From Arcobacteraceae bacterium (GTDB lineage Bacteria > Campylobacterota > Campylobacteria > Campylobacterales > Arcobacteraceae), in NCBI GenBank assembly GCA_965140475.1, contig OZ223243.1:29642-93641 (forward strand): a stretch of 64,000 nt of DNA, read 5' to 3'. A program made the position numbers and the translations under genes. This document shows positions 58,180-64,000 of this stretch, piece by piece; within the stretch, counting starts at the first letter, position 1; each line of letters opens with the position of its first letter. The notes under the pieces were generated by a model that saw only the letters and a list, made by a program, of their open reading frames with translations, was not told the origin of the DNA and searched no databases.

Positions 58180-59193
58180 ATGAAAAGTATTGAGATAAAT
58201 AGCCCATACGATATGCATCTACATTTACGAGATAATGATATGTTAAAACTTGTTGCACCGTTGAGTTCAAAAAGTTTTAGTGGAGCTATTGTTATGCCAA
58301 ATCTTGTCCCACCAGTAGATACAAAAGAAGCTGTAATCTCATACAAAAATAGAATATTAGATGCCATAGAGGCAGATGACAACTTCACACCTTTTATGAC
58401 ACTATTTTTTAAACCTTACACAAAAGAATTTTTAGAAGATATTAAAGATGAGATAACTGCGATTAAACTTTATCCAGCAGGAATCACTACAAATAGTGAA
58501 GGTGGAGTTGAATCAATTGATACAGTTGCCCTTGCGCCTACACTAAACGCTATGGCTGAACTTGATATTCCTCTTTGTGTTCATGGAGAAACTAATGGTT
58601 TTGTTATGGATAGAGAAAAGGAGTTTATGAGTGTCTATGAAGCACTTGCTATAGCCTTTCCAAAACTAAAAATAATTATGGAACATATAACAACAAAAGA
58701 TGCCGTAGATCTATTAAAAAAATATGATAATCTTTATGCAACAATTACCTTACACCACCTTTTAATTACCCTTGATGATGTAGCTGGTGGAATGTTACAA
58801 CCTCATCTTTTTTGTAAACCAATAGCCAAAACACCTATTGATAGAGATGCTTTATTAGAAATAGCATTAAGTGGCAATCCTAAAGTGATGTTCGGAAGTG
58901 ACAGTGCACCACATCCACAAGAGGCAAAAGAGAGTTGTGGATGTGCTGCAGGAGTATTTACTGCACCTATAGCTCTGCAAGTGTTAGCACAGATTTTTGA
59001 TGAAAATGGAAAGATAGATAATTTAGAAGCATTTGTAAGTAGCAATGCTTCTAAAATTTATAATTTAAACCCATCGTCAAAATCAATTAAATTAATTCAA
59101 AAAGAGTTTCTTGTACCTACAGCTTATGAAAATAATGGGCTTAAAGTTATCCCAATGTTTAGTGGACAAATAATAAAATGGAGTACTGAATGA
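58180..59193 (+). CDS. pyrC: Dihydroorotase (E. coli-type class II)
   Basis: DMHLHLRD, the carboxylated-Lys region AIKLYPAG, and GSDSAPH. Confidence 0.9.
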   Translation: MKSIEINSPYDMHLHLRDNDMLKLVAPLSSKSFSGAIVMPNLVPPVDTKEAVISYKNRILDAIEADDNFTPFMTLFFKPYTKEFLEDIKDEITAIKLYPAGITTNSEGGVESIDTVALAPTLNAMAELDIPLCVHGETNGFVMDREKEFMSVYEALAIAFPKLKIIMEHITTKDAVDLLKKYDNLYATITLHHLLITLDDVAGGMLQPHLFCKPIAKTPIDRDALLEIALSGNPKVMFGSDSAPHPQEAKESCGCAAGVFTAPIALQVLAQIFDENGKIDNLEAFVSSNASKIYNLNPSSKSIKLIQKEFLVPTAYENNGLKVIPMFSGQIIKWSTE

Positions 59194-61145
59194 TTAAAAA
59201 ACTTTTTAAAAAAGAACATTCAAATGAAACATTTGGACTAGAACTTACTAAAAAAAAGTTTGATGAAAATTGGCTATTAGAGGGGCTAAAATCAGACTAT
59301 ATAGATATAAACCATAAAGATAAAAATGGTGATACTTATTTAACAAAAGCTGTTAAAGAGGGAAAATATAATGCTGCAGAGTGGCTTATAAAAAATGGTG
59401 CTGATATAAATCTTAGAGATAACCAAGGAAAAAATGCTCTTGAAATTGCAGTTGAGAAAAACAATCTTCCTATTGTTAAAGGATTACTAGATTTAGGCAA
59501 AATTGATGTAAATCAAAAGGATATGTCTGGAAGAAGTTTACTTCAAAATGTTGTTGTTTGGGGAAATCATCAAATGGCAAAAGTACTTCTAAAATATGGT
59601 GCAGATGTTAATAGTGTTGATAATTATGGAAGGATTGTTTTATATGATGCCTTAGCTTATGGAGATCAAGGTTTTTTAAGATACTTATTGTCTCTTGACA
59701 AACTAAATATTAATCATATTGATGATGAGGGTAACTCTTTAATGCAATATCCAGAAGTTACAAAAAATGATTCCATTGCAAAAGATATACTTGTAGCTGG
59801 GATAGATTCAACTATCACGAAAAAAGATGAAGAGTCATTTTTATATAAAACTATGTTAAGAGATGACAAAGACTCTCAATCTGTTTTTGATGTAGCCCTA
59901 GAGCATAAAGCAAATGTGAATGAAAGAGCACTTAATGGAAACACTCTTTTAGTAGAGCTTATCTATATAGCTTCAATGTTACCTAAAAATGAAAAAGCAA
60001 AAAGAGCGTTATATCTTGAGAGAGCTAAAGAAATGATAGCACATCATGGAGATTTAAACCTCTTAGATCCAAATGGAGAAACTATACTATTTCATGCTGT
60101 AAGACTTATGGATATGGAACTTATTAACTTTCTTCTTACTTATGGAATTGACCCAAATATACAAGACGCAACAGGAAAACCAGCTTTAGAGTATGCTATC
60201 TATTATGGTCTTGAAGAAATTGATTTAATTTTATTACTTATAAATCATGGAGCAAATCCAAAACTAAAAAATAAACATGGAAAATGTATCTATGAAGTAC
60301 TCAATGATATTATTCTTCATCAGTATGGAACAAAAACTATTGATGAAAAAGATGTGGTTGCAAAAATAGAAAAAAATGGACAATATATAGAAATAGTTAA
60401 AAAACTTCTTGAGATTAATAACTCAGCTGAGCATGTGGAAAAAATTGATTATCTTGATTCAACAGGCGATCCCCTGTTCTTCAAACCTTTAATTTACGAC
60501 CACTTTATACTTTTTAAAGTCTATATCAAGTTTGGTTTTAATATTCATGCAAAAAATAAAGCAAATCATAATATCTTTTTTGAATATGTTTTAAAAGTAT
60601 TTGAAAAAAATGACAACTCGTTAAAAGCCTGTGAAAACTTTCAACACAACCTAACCAATCTCATTAGTAGTAAAATAGATAAAAATTATCAAGATGCTTT
60701 AGGGTGGACTATTTTACATAAAGTTGTGGGAACAGCTTGTGATGAAAAACTTTTTGATATATTAACAAAAGTTGTCCCTTTTGACTACACAATAGTTGAT
60801 AAATTAGGGAGAAGCGTTATACATAATGCAGTTTGGGGAAATAAGAAAAATATTATTAAAAAAATTGCAACTCACTCAAAAGAGAGTATCAATATAGAAG
60901 ACAATTATAATATCCTACCAATGGTTTATGCTGCTCTTTTAGGAAATAAAGAGATTGTATTAGAATTTTTAAGGTTAGGTTCTTTTATTCATTCTAAGAA
61001 AAAAATAGAAGCAAAAGCGATTAAAAAATTTAGCCCTATGTTAAAAAACTTAGAAAAATTAACACAAGATGTAGAAGATTTGTCTGACTTGAAAAACTTG
61101 AAAACTGTTGCTGACCAAGTAAAAAAAGACTTTGGTGTTCTTTAA
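59190..61145 (+). CDS. Ankyrin-repeat protein, 651 aa, no signal peptide
   Basis: Roughly 12-15 ANK-like 33-residue units by eye (e.g. NGDTYLTKAVKEGKYNAAEWLIKNGADINLRD, SGRSLLQNVVVWGNHQMAKVLLKYGADVNSVD). ATGA overlap with the pyrC stop. Confidence 0.85.
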   Translation: MIKKLFKKEHSNETFGLELTKKKFDENWLLEGLKSDYIDINHKDKNGDTYLTKAVKEGKYNAAEWLIKNGADINLRDNQGKNALEIAVEKNNLPIVKGLLDLGKIDVNQKDMSGRSLLQNVVVWGNHQMAKVLLKYGADVNSVDNYGRIVLYDALAYGDQGFLRYLLSLDKLNINHIDDEGNSLMQYPEVTKNDSIAKDILVAGIDSTITKKDEESFLYKTMLRDDKDSQSVFDVALEHKANVNERALNGNTLLVELIYIASMLPKNEKAKRALYLERAKEMIAHHGDLNLLDPNGETILFHAVRLMDMELINFLLTYGIDPNIQDATGKPALEYAIYYGLEEIDLILLLINHGANPKLKNKHGKCIYEVLNDIILHQYGTKTIDEKDVVAKIEKNGQYIEIVKKLLEINNSAEHVEKIDYLDSTGDPLFFKPLIYDHFILFKVYIKFGFNIHAKNKANHNIFFEYVLKVFEKNDNSLKACENFQHNLTNLISSKIDKNYQDALGWTILHKVVGTACDEKLFDILTKVVPFDYTIVDKLGRSVIHNAVWGNKKNIIKKIATHSKESINIEDNYNILPMVYAALLGNKEIVLEFLRLGSFIHSKKKIEAKAIKKFSPMLKNLEKLTQDVEDLSDLKNLKTVADQVKKDFGVL

Positions 61146-61175
61146 AAAGACTCTTCTATAATTTAAAACTACTCT

Positions 61176-61211
61176 AAAGTATATATCAACTAATAAGTTT
61201 TTATATACTTT
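61176..61211. terminator. Hairpin between the convergent ankyrin gene and ilvD
   Basis: 10-bp stem AAAGTATATA/TATATACTTT with a 16-nt loop. Confidence 0.5.
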
Positions 61212-61225
61212 AATGAGAATTTTAT

Positions 61226-62920
61226 TTAGAATAATTCTGTATTCAAAACTGCCCCACTACTAGCATTTGTTACTAATGCTCTATATTGTTTTAACCAGCT
61301 TGAATTTAACTCTTTTTTAATAGGTACAAAATGGTCGCGTCTTTCAGCAAGCTCTTCAAATGATAAATCAACACTTAAAATGTATTTATCAACATCAATA
61401 TGTATAACATCACCATCTTTTAGTAAACCAATAACACCACCTTCAGCTGCTTCTGGAGATACATGCCCAATACTTGCTCCTCTTGTAGCCCCAGAAAATC
61501 TTCCATCAGTAATAAGTGCAACCTTATCTCCAAGTCCCATACCCATAATTAAACTTGTAGGTGCTAACATCTCTTGCATACCAGGACCACCTTTTGGACC
61601 TTCATATCGAATAACTACAACATTTCCAGCTTTTACTTTATGGTCTATAATACCAGCTATTGCTTCATCTTGAGAGTTAAAACAAACAGCAGTTCCTGTA
61701 AATACTCTCTCTCCTGTAATTCCAGCAGTTTTGATAACTGCCCCTTGCTCTGCTAAGTTCCCATATAATATCGCTAGTCCACCAACTTCACTATACGGAT
61801 TATCAATAGTGTGAATAATATTTGTATCTGTTATATGAGCGTCTTTGATTCGCTCTTTAATAGTTTCACCTGTTACAGTTAAGTTATCTGCTAAGATATC
61901 CTCCCCTCGCTTACTCATCTCTGCCATAACTGCACTTACACCACCAGCTTTATCAATATCTTGCATATGTACTGTACTTAAACTAGGACTTATTTTTGCT
62001 ATATGAGAAACTCTTTTTGAGATAGTATTGATATCTTTTAACTCAAAGTTTACACCTGCTTCTTTTGCAATAGCTAACATATGTAAAACTGTATTTGAAC
62101 TTCCTCCCATAGCCATATCAACTGCAAATGCATTTCTTACTGCATTTTCATTTAAAATATTTTTAATGTTATATTTCTTTTTTTGCTCTAAGTCAAGTTT
62201 TGCTAACTCACAAACTCTTCGTGCAGCTTTTCTGTATAACTCTTCTCTCTCTTTAGTTAAAGCTAAGATAGTTCCATTACCTGGTAGTGCAATACCCATA
62301 GCTTCCATAAGTGTATTCATAGAGTTTGCTGTAAACATTCCTGAACAACTTCCCCCACTTGGACAGGCATTACACTCAATATCTTTTAACTCATCTGCTG
62401 TGATATCACCATTTTCATATTTTCCAACTGCTTCAAATGCTGTCGCTAAATCTATAGGTGTACCATCTTTTGTGTACCCTTTTGCCATAGGTCCACCTGA
62501 TACAAATACTGTAGGTACATTTACTCTCAATGCTCCCATAATCATCCCTGGAACTATCTTATCACAGTTAGGTATAGCAATCATTGCATCAAGCTTATGT
62601 GCATTCATAACTGTTTCTATACTATTTGCAATAATCTCACGACTAGGAAGCGAGAAAAGCATACCATCATGCCCCATAGCAATACCATCATCAACTCCAA
62701 TAGTATTAAACTCAAAAGGTACACAACCATTTGCTCTTATCTCTTTTTTAATAATAGCACTTACTTTATCAAGAAAAAAATGTCCAGGTATTATCTCTAT
62801 AAACGAATTTGCAACACCTATAAATGGTTTGTCAAAATCCTCATCTTTTAATCCTGTAGCTCGAAACAAACTTCTATGTGGGGCTCTTGAATGCCCTTTT
62901 TTTACCTCATCACTTCTCAT
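61226..62920 (-). CDS. ilvD: Dihydroxy-acid dehydratase
   Basis: 564 aa with [22 protein letters not shown] and TDGRFSG motifs. Confidence 0.97.
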   Translation of the reverse strand: MRSDEVKKGHSRAPHRSLFRATGLKDEDFDKPFIGVANSFIEIIPGHFFLDKVSAIIKKEIRANGCVPFEFNTIGVDDGIAMGHDGMLFSLPSREIIANSIETVMNAHKLDAMIAIPNCDKIVPGMIMGALRVNVPTVFVSGGPMAKGYTKDGTPIDLATAFEAVGKYENGDITADELKDIECNACPSGGSCSGMFTANSMNTLMEAMGIALPGNGTILALTKEREELYRKAARRVCELAKLDLEQKKKYNIKNILNENAVRNAFAVDMAMGGSSNTVLHMLAIAKEAGVNFELKDINTISKRVSHIAKISPSLSTVHMQDIDKAGGVSAVMAEMSKRGEDILADNLTVTGETIKERIKDAHITDTNIIHTIDNPYSEVGGLAILYGNLAEQGAVIKTAGITGERVFTGTAVCFNSQDEAIAGIIDHKVKAGNVVVIRYEGPKGGPGMQEMLAPTSLIMGMGLGDKVALITDGRFSGATRGASIGHVSPEAAEGGVIGLLKDGDVIHIDVDKYILSVDLSFEELAERRDHFVPIKKELNSSWLKQYRALVTNASSGAVLNTELF

Positions 62921-63022
62921 AATATCTATCCTTAAAAATTTCTCTTTTATTTGTTCGTATTATAGTTTAATTTTCATTAATATCAAAAAAATTATAAATT
63001 TTTAAATTTATTCAAAAAACTC

Positions 63023-63051
63023 TTGACTTATAAAAAAGAAAGCGCTATAAT
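63023..63051 (+). promoter_or_regulatory. Consensus sigma-70 promoter for the tRNA cluster
   Basis: TTGACT (63023-28), 17-nt spacer, TATAAT (63046-51), about 70 nt upstream of tRNA-Leu. Confidence 0.75.
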
Positions 63052-63121
63052 TCCAGTCCAATTTAAGAGTAAAGCTTTTAAGTTAGGATTAATATACCTT
63101 GATAGTAATATCAAAATACAT

Positions 63122-63208
63122 GCGAGTGTGGCGGAATAGGTAGACGCGTTGGACTTAAAATCCAATTCCGGTTTCGGAGTATCGGTTCAATTCCGATCAT
63201 TCGCACCA
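63122..63208 (+). tRNA. tRNA-Leu (anticodon UAA), encoded CCA
   Basis: Acceptor stem GCGAGTG/CATTCGC, anticodon loop CTTAAAA, long variable arm, T-loop GGTTCAATTCC. Confidence 0.9.
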
Positions 63209-63258
63209 TAACTTTAAAAATGATACTTAAGGTATCTTTTTTTTTGCATCATTAATGT

Positions 63259-63347
63259 GGAGAGTTGGCTGAGTTGGTCGAAAGCACCGGTTTTGAAAAC
63301 CGGCGAGGGTTATACCTCCGGGGGTTCGAATCCCCCACTCTCCTCCA
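63259..63347 (+). tRNA. tRNA-Ser (anticodon UGA), encoded CCA
   Basis: Acceptor stem GGAGAGT/ACTCTCC, anticodon stem CCGGT/ACCGG with loop TTTGAAA, long variable arm, T-loop GGTTCGAATCC. Confidence 0.9.
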
Positions 63348-63382
63348 TTATTCATATCAATTAGCCAATTAATAACATACCT

Positions 63383-63459
63383 GTCAGGGTAGCTCAGCTG
63401 GCTAGAGCGCTGGTCTCATAAGCCGGAGGTCGGGAGTTCAAGTCTCCCTCCTGACACCA
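63383..63459 (+). tRNA. tRNA with CAU anticodon (elongator Met or lysidine-modified Ile2), encoded CCA
   Basis: 77 nt with acceptor stem GTCAGGG/TCCTGAC, loop CTCATAA and T-loop GAGTTCAAGTCTC. It lacks initiator features. Confidence 0.85.
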
Positions 63460-63549
63460 TCTACAAACACTTAAACTATCAAAGATAAAAAAAATTAACA
63501 AAATGCAATATTTTTGACCTAAAAAAAAATTCTATGATATTATTCAACT

Positions 63550-63864
63550 ATGGAAAAATCAATTAAGATATTAGAAGATATTAGTCAAAAATGTTATAGT
63601 GATAGTACAGTATATCAATTCAGTAAAAACTTGGATGTGAGTGACAAATACAGAAAAGGAAGAGTCGATGCATCTAATTGGGTTAATGATATGGTGTACT
63701 ATTATGTACAAAAAGAAAAAAACTTTTTAAATGAATTCAAACAACATCTACAAGATCAAAAAGATATTATTTCAGTAATAAATAGTGGTGATTATAAAAA
63801 TGGACTTTATGATCAATTACAAGAAGTGGAGGTAAGTATCAATGCTAGAATTATTACTCATTAG
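63550..63864 (+). CDS. Hypothetical protein, 104 aa
   Basis: ORF only. No family recognised. First gene after the tRNA cluster. Confidence 0.4.
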   Translation: MEKSIKILEDISQKCYSDSTVYQFSKNLDVSDKYRKGRVDASNWVNDMVYYYVQKEKNFLNEFKQHLQDQKDIISVINSGDYKNGLYDQLQEVEVSINARIITH

Positions 63865-63969
63865 CCTTTTTTCAGTAGTTACTTTATATGTAGTATTTGA
63901 ATACTTTAAGGAAAAAATAATAGAAAAAGAGAAAACACCATTTCATGAAAGATTGAGAATAGATAAATA
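63841..63969 (+). CDS. Possible 42-aa single-TM peptide overlapping the previous ORF end
   Basis: My translation from ATG 63841: MLELLLISLFSVVTLYVVFEYFKEKIIEKEKTPFHERLRIDK*. It is not in the ORF track because it is too short. Confidence 0.25.
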
Positions 63970-64000
63970 AATCAATATTCTTAAACCAAAAAAGCCCTAC

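Noticed and set aside
62028-63005. 325-aa ORF on the plus strand
   Set aside because: It is entirely antisense to the strongly conserved ilvD. Its translation is low-complexity and hydrophobic (S/I/F/A-rich), typical of a shadow frame in AT-rich DNA, and it runs into the ilvD promoter region.
63222-63245. GATAC-TTAAG-GTATC hairpin plus T9 between tRNA-Leu and tRNA-Ser as a terminator
   Set aside because: The stem is only 5 bp and AT-rich. There is no room for a separate promoter before tRNA-Ser, so it is more likely a processing spacer.
63383-63459. tRNA(CAU) as initiator tRNA-fMet
   Set aside because: The anticodon stem lacks the three consecutive G-C pairs. Position 1 (G) pairs normally with position 72 (C), whereas bacterial initiators have a 1:72 mismatch. 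It is an elongator Met or Ile2 tRNA instead.
1-64000. CRISPR arrays, IS elements, prophage, toxin-antitoxin or known defence-system genes
   Set aside because: I looked for spaced direct repeats, transposase or integrase motifs and small paired ORFs. None were found. The only tandem repeat is the 3x21-nt coding repeat at 13348-13410.

Overview
AT-rich, gene-dense chromosomal segment with about 80 CDS and 3 tRNAs. I saw no rRNA, CRISPR, IS element or integrase. The gene content includes a porCDAB-type pyruvate oxidoreductase, csd1/ccmA-type cell-shape genes, mqnA and a Wolinella-type nos cluster. This suggests a Campylobacterota, probably Arcobacteraceae-like, genome, but that is inference: no database search was possible and all calls rest on motifs read from the ORF translations.

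Layout:
- 1-9217 (-): one long tightly packed operon: small membrane protein, leuS, lptE, folC, M23 peptidase, bactofilin, SF2 helicase, M23 peptidase, lpxC.
- 9290-14161: housekeeping genes recJ, ilvE, an SPFH protein and hisIE.
- 14326-15544: a decayed SDR/AraC gene pair.
- 15660-19779 (+): an uncharacterised FtsX-type ABC module with an 8-TM Cys/His membrane protein, then a secreted protein plus a NosL-type lipoprotein.
- 19801-32116 (-): a complete clade II nitrous-oxide reductase cluster (nosZ-B-D-G-C1-C2-H-F-[extra nosL]-Y-nosL). A stand-alone Aer-like PAS gene lies downstream of it. Upstream lie a cysteine-free Crp/Fnr regulator and a sensor-HAMP membrane protein with no output domain.
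- 32125-63000: mnmG, an Mla/Mce-type lipid ABC operon with a STAS-MlaE fusion, porCDAB, rplM-rpsI, bioF, an MscS channel, envelope proteins, uppP, mqnA, moaDE, ffh-rpsP-KH-rimM, pyrC coupled to a 651-aa ankyrin-repeat protein, and ilvD.
- 63122-63459: tRNA-Leu, tRNA-Ser and tRNA-Met(CAU) behind a consensus promoter.

Most interesting signal: three TTGAT-N4-GTCAA-type boxes, each exactly 22 nt upstream of a -10 hexamer. They lie in front of nosZ, in front of nosB, and in front of the secreted-protein/NosL unit on the opposite strand. They tie the uncharacterised 15.6-19.8 kb module and the output-less sensor/Crp pair to N2O respiration as a candidate undescribed sensing and copper-maturation system.
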